The translations under genes were made by a program, and so were the position numbers. Positions 35,365 through 44,728 of a DNA stretch of 64,000 bases are shown here, piece after piece. Where the stretch lies: positions 566 through 64,565 of the forward strand of contig JAVBRG010000042.1 in NCBI GenBank assembly GCA_031548195.1, written 5' to 3'. Source of the DNA: Planctomycetota bacterium. Lineage in GTDB: Bacteria > Planctomycetota > SZUA-567. The first letter of the stretch is position 1, and each line of letters begins with the position of its first letter. The notes under the pieces are model-generated. The model searched no databases. It was given only the letters and a program-made list of their open reading frames with translations, and was not told the origin of the DNA.

Positions 35365-37530
35365 CTACTGACCCTTCTTGCGCCTCGCCCTTACCGAAAA
35401 CACCTGATGCCGCAACTCCTCCCTGCTCTCCGCCGCCATCGCCGCCGCCCGCTGATACAACTTCTCCTGACTCCTGAACACCGGCTCGTACGGCGCCGGC
35501 TTCTCCCTGCTGTACTCCCCCTCGGGAAGCAGCCGCCAAGCACTCACATTGTCCGCAAACCCCGCATCCAAAACCGCCAACGCCTCGCCTTTGCAAACCG
35601 GATCGTTCACCGGAAACAACAACTCCAAACGCCGATCCATGTTCCGCTCCATCCAATCCGCCGACGACAAATAAACCTCCTCGCTCCCCCCGTTGTGATA
35701 ATGGAAAATCCGGGGATGCTCGAGAAAACGATCCACGATACTGCGCACCCTTATATTGTCCGACAAACCCGGAACCCCCGGCCGCAAACGGCACAAACCC
35801 CGGATGAGCAAATCAATCCGCACCCCCGCCTGACTCGCCCGGTACAACTCGCCGATGATGTCCGGATCCACCAGCGAATTCATCTTGGCGCGGATGAAGG
35901 AGGGATTCTCGACCGTGTGCTTTTCAATCTCCCGGCGAATCATCGCAATGGTCCGCGCCCTTAATCCGGTCGGCGCCATCTCGATGTAGTTCCACACCGG
36001 CGGCAGGGAATAACCCGTAATCACATTGAAGAATGACGACAAGTCGGAACCGAAATCGGGGTCGGCGGTAAGGAGACCCAAATCGGTATACTGCCGCGCC
36101 GTCCGGTCATTGTAATTGCCCGTGGCCAAATGGCAGTAGCGGCGAATCCCGTCCTGCTCCCGGCGAATCACCAGGGCGGCCTTCGAATGCGTCTTGTATC
36201 CGACCACCCCGTAAATCACGTGCGCCCCCGCCGCGTCCAGGCGCTGAGCCCAGGTGATATTCGCCTCCTCGTCGAAACGGGCCTGGAGTTCCACCAGGGC
36301 GGTGACCTGCTTCTTCTGTTCCGCCGCCCGGATTAACGCCCGCACCAGGGGGCTCTGCCCGCTGACCCGGTACAAGGTAATCTTGATGGCGAGGACGTCC
36401 GGGTCGTCGGCCGCCTCCTCGATGAAGCGGGTCACCGGGTCGAAGGACTGATAGGGGAGGTTCAGGAGGACGTCCCGTTGGGCGACGACTTCGAAGATGT
36501 CCTTGCCGTCGTCGAAGGCCGGGTGTTGCCGCGGCGGCCACGGCGGTTCCAGGAGGTCGGGGCGGTCGATTTTCCCGAGAAGGTGGAAGAGGCCCTTCAT
36601 GTCCAGCATGCCGGTGGAAGAGAAGATGTCCAGGGGTCCGAGTTCCAGCATCTTGCAGAGGTAGTCCGTTTCCTCCTGCGGCACTTTCGACGACACCGAC
36701 AGCCGCACCGGCGCGCCCCAGCGGCTCCGCTTCAGGCCTTCCTGAATGGCGATAATCAAATCGTCGGAACGCTCGTCGTCCAGGAACAGCTCGGCGTCCC
36801 GGGTGATGCGGAAGTGGTGCACGGCGCGGATGTCGTAGCCGTTTACGATTTCCTTGGCGAAGAGGGCGACGACTTCCTCGAGGAGGATGAAGCGGTAGGC
36901 GTCCGGCGGCCGCGGCAGGGCGATGAAGCGTCCCAGTCCGGACGGCACCTGGACCAGCACGGTATCGGCCTTGGAGAAGAAGCCGGCCTGGATGTCGGGC
37001 CGGGCCGCCACGCGCATGAGCAGGTAAATGGCTCCGGAGGACAGCAGCGGAAAGGGGTGGGTGGAGTCGAGGACCATGGGGGTCAGGACGGGAAGGATTT
37101 GCTCGCGGAAATAATCGGCCAGGTAGTCGAGGTCGTCCGGCGAGAGTTCGTCGGTGTCGTGGATGAAGATATTCGAATCGCGGAGAGCCGGGAGGACATC
37201 GTCCAGCCAGCAGCGATTGGCGCGCTCGAGTAGTTCCCGGGCTTTTTCGCGGGCGGTGTCGAGGAGCTGCCGGGGGGACATACCGTCGGGGCCCGTTTCG
37301 GCGTGCCCGGCTTTCAGGGCGCGGCGAATGTACGAGACCCGGACCATGAAGAATTCGTCCATGTTCGAGGAGACGATGGCGAGGAATTTTACCCGGTCGA
37401 GGAGAGGCAGGTTGATGTCCTCGGCTTGGGAGAGGACGCGGTAATTGAAGGCGAGGATGGAGAGGTCGCGGTTTATCCAGTGTTCCGGATTGAGGTCGGA
37501 AGTATGGTGATTGGGTATGCTGGTGGTCAT
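35365..37530 (-). CDS. ppk: Polyphosphate kinase 1
   Basis: ATG at 37530 (MTTSIPNHHTSDLNPEHWINRDLSILAFNYRVL). 721 aa. PLD-like HKD halves (GYKTHSKAALV..., RFLEHPRIFHY). Confidence 0.92.
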   Translation of the reverse strand: MTTSIPNHHTSDLNPEHWINRDLSILAFNYRVLSQAEDINLPLLDRVKFLAIVSSNMDEFFMVRVSYIRRALKAGHAETGPDGMSPRQLLDTAREKARELLERANRCWLDDVLPALRDSNIFIHDTDELSPDDLDYLADYFREQILPVLTPMVLDSTHPFPLLSSGAIYLLMRVAARPDIQAGFFSKADTVLVQVPSGLGRFIALPRPPDAYRFILLEEVVALFAKEIVNGYDIRAVHHFRITRDAELFLDDERSDDLIIAIQEGLKRSRWGAPVRLSVSSKVPQEETDYLCKMLELGPLDIFSSTGMLDMKGLFHLLGKIDRPDLLEPPWPPRQHPAFDDGKDIFEVVAQRDVLLNLPYQSFDPVTRFIEEAADDPDVLAIKITLYRVSGQSPLVRALIRAAEQKKQVTALVELQARFDEEANITWAQRLDAAGAHVIYGVVGYKTHSKAALVIRREQDGIRRYCHLATGNYNDRTARQYTDLGLLTADPDFGSDLSSFFNVITGYSLPPVWNYIEMAPTGLRARTIAMIRREIEKHTVENPSFIRAKMNSLVDPDIIGELYRASQAGVRIDLLIRGLCRLRPGVPGLSDNIRVRSIVDRFLEHPRIFHYHNGGSEEVYLSSADWMERNMDRRLELLFPVNDPVCKGEALAVLDAGFADNVSAWRLLPEGEYSREKPAPYEPVFRSQEKLYQRAAAMAAESREELRHQVFSVRARRKKGQ

Positions 37531-37603
37531 GATGGTGTCCTTTGGCGCGGTATAGTGTCGTGGACTGGCGTAACATTTCCGCTTGGCGTAGTCGGGTCCA
37601 AAA

Positions 37604-38809
37604 TCAGAACAAAGTGCGGCGGGCCGGCTGCGACTGCCCCGGCGGACGCATCCGCGCCGGAACCGCCCGCGCCGAGGACTCCCCGGACGGCAAACCGTCC
37701 CGGCGCGGCGGCGCCGCATAGCCCCCGCCCGAATCCCCCGCCCCGCCCCACACCGTCACCATCGGCGGTCCCGACGGCGGCCCGGGCGGCGGTCCCGGCG
37801 GCGGCCCGGGCGGCGGTCCATACCCCACCCCTCCGCCGACCGACAATCCCGGACCATACTCGACCGGCGGACCCACATCGACCTCCGGCCCCCGCCGCTG
37901 CGGCGAACGCACCACCCGGGGCGGCGCCAAACCCGCATACGGATCCGCGTCACCACCCGACGCCGAAAAGTCGAAGGGATTCCGGATGGCCCCCCCCCGA
38001 TCCGCCGGTTCCGGTCCAATCGGCTGCTGATAATCCGGCAGCGGCACCCGGTAGGATGGACGCCGCGGCGCTTCGGGCTGCGCCCGCGCCACTTCCGCCC
38101 CATGCCCGAAATCGGGCGGCGGGACCAGGTCCGGACTCCAGCCCGGGGGCACCCGGCGCCAAACCACCCGCCGGCCGTCAAACTCGCCCCTCTGCGCCAC
38201 CTGCCCCCGCGAGAAGCGGTAATACGTGCTTATCGAACCGCCGAAAGCCTCGTCGACATGCAGCTCCCGCCAAAAATCCCGGGGAATCAAACTCGCCACC
38301 TCGCCCTGACTCACCAAACCCGAACCCAAATTGTCGAAATACCCCGGCGGAGCCTGGAAATATAAAACGCTGTCCGTCACCCCGTCGAGGTTCCGGTCTT
38401 CACGAAGTTCCCAATTCCTTGCGCCCATGTACTCCAATTCCATATCGTTGACGCCGCGAAAATTCGTGTCGCGAAGCAGCGACAGCAGACTGCCGCTCCG
38501 CCCGTCCCAGCGCGTCTGACAATCGACCTTGCCGTCGTAATTCAAATCCCGCTCCTCCGACGACAAAACCCCCCGGTGATAAAACCGCCAGACATCGATA
38601 CGCTTGTCCCCGTTCGAGTCGAACTCCTCGGCGAAAATGAACTCGCCGTCCATATAACGCCGCCCGCGCCAGCCCTCCGGCGTGGTGACGTTGAAGGAAC
38701 CGGACATGGCCCGGGGACCAAAATCCATGGCGGCGGCCTCACCGCCAGCCCCGCCGGCGAACGCCGTAAACAGGAGGAGAAGCAAAACCTTGTTCGCTGT
38801 AAAACGCAT
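37604..38809 (-). CDS. Secreted protein with DxNxDG calcium-binding-type repeats and Pro/Gly-rich C-terminus
   Basis: RBS taaggag. Signal peptide MRFTANKVLLLLLFTAFAGG. DSNGDKRID, DLNYDGKVD and DRNLDGVTD repeats. C-terminal GPPPGPPPGPPPGPPSGPP. Confidence 0.7.
   Translation of the reverse strand: MRFTANKVLLLLLFTAFAGGAGGEAAAMDFGPRAMSGSFNVTTPEGWRGRRYMDGEFIFAEEFDSNGDKRIDVWRFYHRGVLSSEERDLNYDGKVDCQTRWDGRSGSLLSLLRDTNFRGVNDMELEYMGARNWELREDRNLDGVTDSVLYFQAPPGYFDNLGSGLVSQGEVASLIPRDFWRELHVDEAFGGSISTYYRFSRGQVAQRGEFDGRRVVWRRVPPGWSPDLVPPPDFGHGAEVARAQPEAPRRPSYRVPLPDYQQPIGPEPADRGGAIRNPFDFSASGGDADPYAGLAPPRVVRSPQRRGPEVDVGPPVEYGPGLSVGGGVGYGPPPGPPPGPPPGPPSGPPMVTVWGGAGDSGGGYAAPPRRDGLPSGESSARAVPARMRPPGQSQPARRTLF
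37764..37823. repeat. 12-bp coding tandem repeat x5, (GPPP)n
   Basis: ggcggtcccgac / ggcggcccgggc / ggcggtcccggc / ggcggcccgggc / ggcggtccatac. Confidence 0.8.
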
Positions 38810-38819
38810 CGCGGTCTCC

Positions 38820-39977
38820 TTATGCCTCGCCCGTTTCGGGCGGCGTTTCCGCCGCGTCCGCTTCGGATAAGTCCCCACTGCCGCCCGCCGCATCCGCCAG
38901 CAGCGGATGCGCCGCCAGGCGGCGGAGAAATTCCTTGGGCGTGCGCGGGCGGGCGTCGCGGTTCCGTTCCAAAAGCCACTGGATCAGCTTCGACGTCTCC
39001 TCGCTGATATTCGCGTCGACCGACCGCGCCGTCGGCGCCTTGCGTTCCCGCCTTTTCAAAATAGCCGCGAACGGCGAAGGGATTTCGGGCGAAGCCTCCG
39101 CCCCGCCGCCATCACCCCCATCCGCGGGCGTTACCGGAAACTCCGCCGGAACGGAGTCCGCCGGTGATGGGTGATCCACCATCGAAGCGTGATCCGCCGG
39201 AAAAACCGACCGCCCTAGCAGGAGCCAGAACCACATCGACCCCAAGCTGTACAGGTCGCCGCGAATGTCGATGTTAAGCTCCCCCGCCAAACGTTCCGGC
39301 GGCAGAAAATCCGGCTTGGCGAGGAATGCGGCTGGATCGTCCGGCCAGGCCATGGTCCAGGCGAAACCGATATCGGCCAGGAACACCCGGCCGCCTTCGG
39401 CTACCAGCACGTTGGACGGCTGCAAATGCCCGTGCGGATGCCCCGCCTCGAAGAGGTTCCGCAAAACCCCGGCCATCTCCCGCACCAGTTTGACCGCTTC
39501 CCTCTCGGTCATGTTTCCCCGCTGCCGCCGGGCCATTTTCGCCGCCAGGCTTTCGCCGGGGAGACACTCGTAAACCAGGTAAAAAGCCCCCCCCGCCCGG
39601 CCGGCGTCCAAACCCCTCGCCACACCCGGGCAGCGCAAGCGCGCGATGCTTCCGGCCAGGGAAAAAAATTCCTCCACCGACCCGGCCCGGTTTGGATAAG
39701 GCCGCATGGCCTTCACCACCACCGCGCGGTCCATCACCGCGTCGTGAGCTTTGAAAACCGCCCCCCGCTCGCCGGCGGCGAGAATGTGGGTCAGAGTGTA
39801 ACCCTTGACGGCCTGCGCCGTGAAGAGTCCGGCCGCGAAGTCCGTCAGCGGACCGCCGTTCTCCGCCCGTTCCGGCAGGGGCGCGGGAACCGCATCCGCC
39901 TTCAGGAAAGGTGACCCCGGGCGTTTGTTCGCCCCCCCGTTTCTCAGGGCGGTGAATTTCTCGGATAAATCCGCCAT
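38820..39977 (-). CDS. Ser/Thr protein kinase
   Basis: GERGAVFKA..VVVKAM (ATP site), HGHLQPSNVLV (catalytic loop) and ADIGFA (DFG-like). The ATG at 39977 overlaps the xseB stop (TGATG). Confidence 0.85.
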   Translation of the reverse strand: MADLSEKFTALRNGGANKRPGSPFLKADAVPAPLPERAENGGPLTDFAAGLFTAQAVKGYTLTHILAAGERGAVFKAHDAVMDRAVVVKAMRPYPNRAGSVEEFFSLAGSIARLRCPGVARGLDAGRAGGAFYLVYECLPGESLAAKMARRQRGNMTEREAVKLVREMAGVLRNLFEAGHPHGHLQPSNVLVAEGGRVFLADIGFAWTMAWPDDPAAFLAKPDFLPPERLAGELNIDIRGDLYSLGSMWFWLLLGRSVFPADHASMVDHPSPADSVPAEFPVTPADGGDGGGAEASPEIPSPFAAILKRRERKAPTARSVDANISEETSKLIQWLLERNRDARPRTPKEFLRRLAAHPLLADAAGGSGDLSEADAAETPPETGEA

Positions 39978-40321
39978 CAAACTTCTTCCTCGTAATTGTC
40001 CCCGGCCACGTCACCGTCCTCGAAATCCGCCAAACGGAACGCGCCGTCCTGTTCCAATAAAACCTTGACCCGATCCTCGGCGCGCCGGAGCAACTCGGCG
40101 GAACGCCGCAAATCCGCCACCCCCCGCTCGTAGGCGCGAATCGCCTCGTCGAGGGGCAGACCGCCCCCCTCGATTTGCGCGGCCAAAGCCTCCGCCTCCG
40201 CCAGGAGTTCCTCGAAGGAGCGTCCGTCCTCCGGCGCCGCGCCGGCCGCGTCCCCGGCCGGGTTCGGGACGCCGCCGGCGACGCCCGGGTCCGCTTTCGG
40301 CTGCATGTTTTTCCGTGCCAT
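39977..40321 (-). CDS. xseB: Exodeoxyribonuclease VII small subunit
   Basis: SFEELLAEAEALAAQIEGGGLPLDEAIRAYERGVADLRRSAELLRRAEDRV is the typical XseB helical hairpin. No xseA is adjacent. Confidence 0.8.
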   Translation of the reverse strand: MARKNMQPKADPGVAGGVPNPAGDAAGAAPEDGRSFEELLAEAEALAAQIEGGGLPLDEAIRAYERGVADLRRSAELLRRAEDRVKVLLEQDGAFRLADFEDGDVAGDNYEEEV

Positions 40322-40324
40322 GCT

Positions 40325-40840
40325 TCAGTCCAATCCTGATAGAATGCCGATGATTTCGTGCTCGTCGGCGGCCTGGAGAAGGGCGGCCGGAAGCCACTCC
40401 TCCTCCTTGAAGGCGCGGGCGATCCACTTGTAGGCCTGCAGATAATCGTTCGTGACCTTCTCGTCGTAAGTCGGCGCCGCCATGCCGAAAAAGAGGTGCA
40501 CCGGTTTCCCGTCGGGGGCGCCGAATTCGACGCCGTCGCGGCTGCGGGCGAAGACCATGCAGAAATTCCGCGGCTGCATGCTGCGGACGTGCGGCACGGC
40601 CAGGCCGCCCCCGATGGCCGTGGAGGCCTTGCGCTCGCGCGAGAGAAGATCGTGGTGGAACTTGTTCCGGTTACGGATTTGTCCGGTGTTCATGAACAAA
40701 TCGGTCAGCTCCAGAATGACCTCTTCCTTCAGCCTAACGCGTTCCTTATGGGGATCCTTCTCGGGATCGATGTCGTCCAGATGGCCGCCGACCATGCCCA
40801 GGCGGACCACCTCTGGCTTGAGGTATCTAGTGATTTGCAT
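40325..40840 (-). CDS. ptsN: PTS EIIA-Ntr-type regulator
   Basis: PTS_EIIA_2 fold with the phosphorylatable His in GGGLAVPHVRS. Confidence 0.8.
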   Translation of the reverse strand: MQITRYLKPEVVRLGMVGGHLDDIDPEKDPHKERVRLKEEVILELTDLFMNTGQIRNRNKFHHDLLSRERKASTAIGGGLAVPHVRSMQPRNFCMVFARSRDGVEFGAPDGKPVHLFFGMAAPTYDEKVTNDYLQAYKWIARAFKEEEWLPAALLQAADEHEIIGILSGLD

Positions 40841-40952
40841 AACCGCGTTTCCTGTCTGGGCCGCTGGGGGTGGCGTCCTGGTTCAAAACGGACAATTTTA
40901 AAAAATATTCACGCCATATGCCAGCAAATTCATCCGAGTAACATTGCGGTGG

Positions 40953-41723
40953 ATGCGACATGCCGCTTGGGATATACTCACCGACATGCGAACCCTGTAT
41001 TTGCCGCGCCTATTTCACCGCGCGCTTGATTTGACCCTATCCCTGTTTGCGCCGCCCTGTTGCCGTCTGTGCCGGGCGCCGCTGTTTGGCCATGAAAATC
41101 CGTATCTGTGCGGGGATTGCGTGGGGAGGATGGCGTGGATTGGCCGAGGCGCCTGCCCGATATGCGGTTATCCGGCCGGTGAATACGCCAGTCTGGAACA
41201 GGGCTGCCGCCGGTGCCGGAACCGGAAGCTGGACATGACCGGCGCGGCGGCGGTGGCGAGATACCGGGCGGGGGCGCGCGAATTGGTGCTCCGCTTGAAA
41301 TTCGGCCGGGAGACGGAATTGGCCAGGCCTATCGGAGGTTTGATGGCGGAACGTTTGTTGTCGGCACCGTTCGGGGACAAGGTGGAGGTGATTGTTCCGG
41401 TGGCCCTGCATCCGGTGCGGAAGAGGGATCGGGGGTTCGACCAGGCCCGATTGCTGGCTGGAGTGGTGTCGCGGCGGGTCGGATTGCCGATGGAGATTCG
41501 GAGCCTCAGGCGGGTGGTGTTCACCACGCCCCAGTCGCGCTTGCGGCGCCAATTGCGGCTCGCGAATGTGGAGAACGCATTTGTGGCGGACGGCAGGCTC
41601 GAGGGCAAGCGGGTACTCTTGATTGACGACGTGATGACGACCGGGGCGACCATGGCGGCCTGTTCGCGGGCCTGCCGGGCGGCCGGGGCGACGCGGGTTT
41701 ACGGTTTGGTGTTTGCACGCTGA
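40953..41723 (+). CDS. ComF-family phosphoribosyltransferase-domain protein
   Basis: N-terminal Cys4 (CRLC..CGDC, CPICGYP..CRRC). PRTase motif VLLIDDVMTTGAT. Alternative starts at 40944 (TTG) and 40986. Confidence 0.82.
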   Translation: MRHAAWDILTDMRTLYLPRLFHRALDLTLSLFAPPCCRLCRAPLFGHENPYLCGDCVGRMAWIGRGACPICGYPAGEYASLEQGCRRCRNRKLDMTGAAAVARYRAGARELVLRLKFGRETELARPIGGLMAERLLSAPFGDKVEVIVPVALHPVRKRDRGFDQARLLAGVVSRRVGLPMEIRSLRRVVFTTPQSRLRRQLRLANVENAFVADGRLEGKRVLLIDDVMTTGATMAACSRACRAAGATRVYGLVFAR

Positions 41724-41778
41724 GTTTGGGTGACGGAAACATGCGGCGGGGAATTTCCGTGTCTCTCCGGTCAAAGCT

Positions 41779-41943
41779 CTAGAGCGGTTCTAACAATTAT
41801 ATGGCATTTTGAGCACTGCTATTTTGCCCTCAATCGAGGCACGAGGAGCGCGCATCCCCTACGGGCTGTAAGCGACGAGTAACGAAGAGTGAGGGCAAAA
41901 GAGCGGTGCTCAAAATGCCATATAATTGTTAGGACCGCTCTAG
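41779..41943. mobile_element. AT-rich palindromic MITE-like insertion bounded by CTAG
   Basis: ~55-bp arms agcggttctaacaattatatggcattttgagcactgctattttgccctca / tgagggcaaaagagcggtgctcaaaatgccatataattgttaggaccgct. CTAG at 41779-41782 and 41940-41943. The right arm supplies the last 2 codons and the stop of the downstream gene. Confidence 0.65.
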
Positions 41944-43167
41944 CGCCGCCGAGCGTCCCGCCAGCATCCCGCCGGCGAAGGCCCAATGCAGATTGTATCC
42001 GCCGCACGGACCGTCGACCCCGAGCATTTCTCCGGCGAAGAACAAACCCGGCACGATTTTGCTCGACATATTTCCGGCTTCGACTTCACGGACGTCGACT
42101 CCCCCCCGGGTGATAATGGCCCGTTCCCAACCTTCAGTGCCGGTGATCCGAACCGGAAAAGCGCCGAGAAGCCGCGCCAGCCGGTTCCCCCCCTCGGCGG
42201 TAAGCCGGGCGGCGGTCACCGCCTCGGCTCCGGCTTGCCGGCACAGCCAAGCCGCCAGGCGGGCCGGGAAAAATTCCCTCAGGAGCACCGCCAGTTCACG
42301 GGCGCCCGATCGCGAACGCCACGCCGCCAATTGTTCGTTCCACACCTTGACGCCCCTGCCGGAAATCCATTCGACGACGATTTCCACATCACTCCCGCCG
42401 CGGGACAATTCCTCGGCCAGCGTAGACGACATATCCAAAACCGCCGGTCCCGAGAGGCCGCGGTGGGTCAGGAGCAGTTCCCCTCTCCCGCGCAGTTCGC
42501 CCTGTTTCGCAATGCGGCAGCGAACGCCACTGTCCGGCATGACCAATCCAGCCAGGTCGGCATCGAGATTGCCACAACGCAGTCCGACCAAACCGGGGGT
42601 CGGCGGCTGAATGCGGTGGCCAAGGCTTTCGGCGATGCGGCAGCCGTCCCAATTGGCGCCGGTCTCGGGGTAGCTCCGGCCGCCGGTGGCGAGAATGACG
42701 GCGGAAAAAGGGGCACTGTCGACGGCAAGGCCGAACGGCGTAACCGTGAGCCGTTCGACCCGATGCGGGCGAACCGGGTCGACGCCGAGTTTGTCCGCGA
42801 AGGCGACCAGGGCGTCACGGACCTGCCGCGCCGACTGCGAGACGGGGAAGAGGTGAAAACCGTCCGGCGAGCAGAGCGGCTGGCCGATTTCCTGAAAGAA
42901 CTCCAGCAGGGCGGCCTGGGGAAACTGGTTCAAGGCGGTGGCGATGAAGCGTCCGTGTCTGCCAAAGAGAGCCGGCCATGCGGAGACGGGGCGATTGTTC
43001 CCCGCATTGCAGTGCCCGCCGCCGGTGATGAGGAGTTTTCTTCCCGGCTGATCGTTCTGTTCGAACAGGCTGACCCGCACGCCGGCCCGGCGCGCCGCGA
43101 TGGCGGCGGCGAGTCCGGCCGGACCGGCGCCGACGACGGCGAGATGTTGATCGGAGGTTGGCGACAT
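41929..43167 (-). CDS. HI0933/BaiN-family NAD(P)/FAD-dependent oxidoreductase
   Basis: ATG at 43167 (MSPTSDQHLAVVGAGPAGLAAA...). GRKLLITGGGHCN and FAGEMLGVDGPCGGYNLHWAF motifs. Confidence 0.85.
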   Translation of the reverse strand: MSPTSDQHLAVVGAGPAGLAAAIAARRAGVRVSLFEQNDQPGRKLLITGGGHCNAGNNRPVSAWPALFGRHGRFIATALNQFPQAALLEFFQEIGQPLCSPDGFHLFPVSQSARQVRDALVAFADKLGVDPVRPHRVERLTVTPFGLAVDSAPFSAVILATGGRSYPETGANWDGCRIAESLGHRIQPPTPGLVGLRCGNLDADLAGLVMPDSGVRCRIAKQGELRGRGELLLTHRGLSGPAVLDMSSTLAEELSRGGSDVEIVVEWISGRGVKVWNEQLAAWRSRSGARELAVLLREFFPARLAAWLCRQAGAEAVTAARLTAEGGNRLARLLGAFPVRITGTEGWERAIITRGGVDVREVEAGNMSSKIVPGLFFAGEMLGVDGPCGGYNLHWAFAGGMLAGRSAALERS

Positions 43168-43234
43168 GGGCCGAAGCGACTCCCAGAAGTTTTGCGGCCT
43201 CACCACTCAAACCGCCGCATGGCGATTATGTAAC

Positions 43235-43362
43235 TGAAGTTTTGCAAAGTGACGATTTAACCGCCAATCGTCACTTTGCAAAAATCGTTTTTGCCCGAAT
43301 TTCCGGGGTTTTAGATTTGACAATATCGCCATTCGGCGGTTTGAATGGTGATTTTGCAAAAC
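43235..43362. repeat. ~130-bp composite intergenic repeat, copy 2
   Basis: ctgaagttttgcaaagtgacgatttaaccgccaatcgtcactttgcaaaaatcg...atatcgccattcggcggtttgaatggtgattttgcaaaac. An extra half-site caccactcaaaccgccgcatggcgatt lies at 43201-43227. Confidence 0.85.
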
Positions 43363-43409
43363 TCCAGTTATGTAAAATGAAAAACCTTGAATTTTCAGGC
43401 AAAAACGAT

Positions 43410-44618
43410 TCAGAACGACCACCCGCCCTCCAGCGACAAACTCTGTTCAAGCGCCGCGTCCGGCAACAACACCCCCCGGTAATGCAAACCCAGCCGGAAC
43501 CGGTTCCGAAACCGCGCCTCGATTCCGGCCGTCGCCGACAACGTACCGTCGGCCGTAAACGGCGACACCCGCGAAAACGCTCCGCCGCCCGCCGCCGCAT
43601 CGGCCGACCAATAACCTCCGCCCTTGAAATTGTACCCGTACTCCAAACCGGCCGAAGGATGCAATTCGCCCCAAGCCGGCGCGAGCGACCGCCGCGCCAC
43701 CACCCCGAATACGGCGGAGTACTGCCCCGCCTCGCCACCGGCGGCGGCGGCGCCGGGCGCCGTCGGCGGAGCCCAAGCGGGAAAACGCGAAAACACGCTT
43801 TCGAAACGGGTGAATGGCGAAATGGTGAAACTATTTTTCCCGAACTCGTAGCCGAGCGACACATAGCCGAAAAGCTGCTCCCCCCGTCCCCCCCCCGCCG
43901 GCGGCATGACGTTACCGTCCTCACGGCGGAGATCCTGGCAAAACACATTCCCCCCCGCCATGCCTTCCAAATATATACCCGGCTCAAATACATAAGAGGC
44001 ATACGCCGCCGCCGAAAGCGCCTCGCCCCCCAGTCTCCCGCCGGCGCCGACACGGTTCCAGTCCCGGGCGTAGCCCGCCGCGATGCCCGCCGTCACCCCG
44101 GCCCCAAACGCGTAATCCGCCCCGAAGGTCGTGCACAAATTATGCGTGTCCGCCTCGGCCCGGCCGCTGGCGCCAAAATCCGCCGCTCCGCCGTTCCACC
44201 TTGACCAGCGCGTCGGCGCCTTCGGCGCCGTCAGGGACGATCTCCCACCGGACAGGACAAAATCCTCCGCCTTCTGTTCCGGCGCCACCGCTCCCAGATG
44301 CGTCAAATTGATCGACTCCACCACGGCCGCCGGCGCCTCCCGGTTCAACCCCGAGCGCCGGATTTGCCAAACCCCCTGCGGCCGATTGATTCGCACCCCC
44401 AGCCAGTTTCTCCGGTTTCCACGATCCCCCTCGGTACGAATCGTCGCCAACCTTTCCACAATGCGCCCGGCCTGACCGCGGTAATAAAACTCGGCGCTCG
44501 CCGCCCGGGCGTCGCGGAGCGCCGCCGGATCGATATCCGAAACACCTTCAGCCGCCGGCAAAACCCGGACGCAACAGATCAAAAAAAAGCCCATGAACCA
44601 GCAAGCGAAGCCTGACAT
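43410..44618 (-). CDS. Autotransporter-type outer-membrane beta-barrel protein with short passenger
   Basis: Signal-like MSGFACWFMGFFLICCVRVLPAAEG. Alternating beta-strand pattern with C-terminal ...SLSLEGGWSF. Confidence 0.75.
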   Translation of the reverse strand: MSGFACWFMGFFLICCVRVLPAAEGVSDIDPAALRDARAASAEFYYRGQAGRIVERLATIRTEGDRGNRRNWLGVRINRPQGVWQIRRSGLNREAPAAVVESINLTHLGAVAPEQKAEDFVLSGGRSSLTAPKAPTRWSRWNGGAADFGASGRAEADTHNLCTTFGADYAFGAGVTAGIAAGYARDWNRVGAGGRLGGEALSAAAYASYVFEPGIYLEGMAGGNVFCQDLRREDGNVMPPAGGGRGEQLFGYVSLGYEFGKNSFTISPFTRFESVFSRFPAWAPPTAPGAAAAGGEAGQYSAVFGVVARRSLAPAWGELHPSAGLEYGYNFKGGGYWSADAAAGGGAFSRVSPFTADGTLSATAGIEARFRNRFRLGLHYRGVLLPDAALEQSLSLEGGWSF

Positions 44619-44728
44619 TCGTCTCCCGCCGCCCATTCCAAAATACAGGCGCGTGCGCGGCAAAATTGCCGCATGTACGAATGTTCTGTAAGCTTCCCGC
44701 CCAGGTCATTCTCGAAATACGAAACGTT

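Noticed and set aside
37303-38451. 382-aa Pro/Ala-rich plus-strand ORF
   Set aside because: It is antisense to the ppk 5' end and to the secreted Ca-repeat protein gene. It has no start context and is purely low-complexity.
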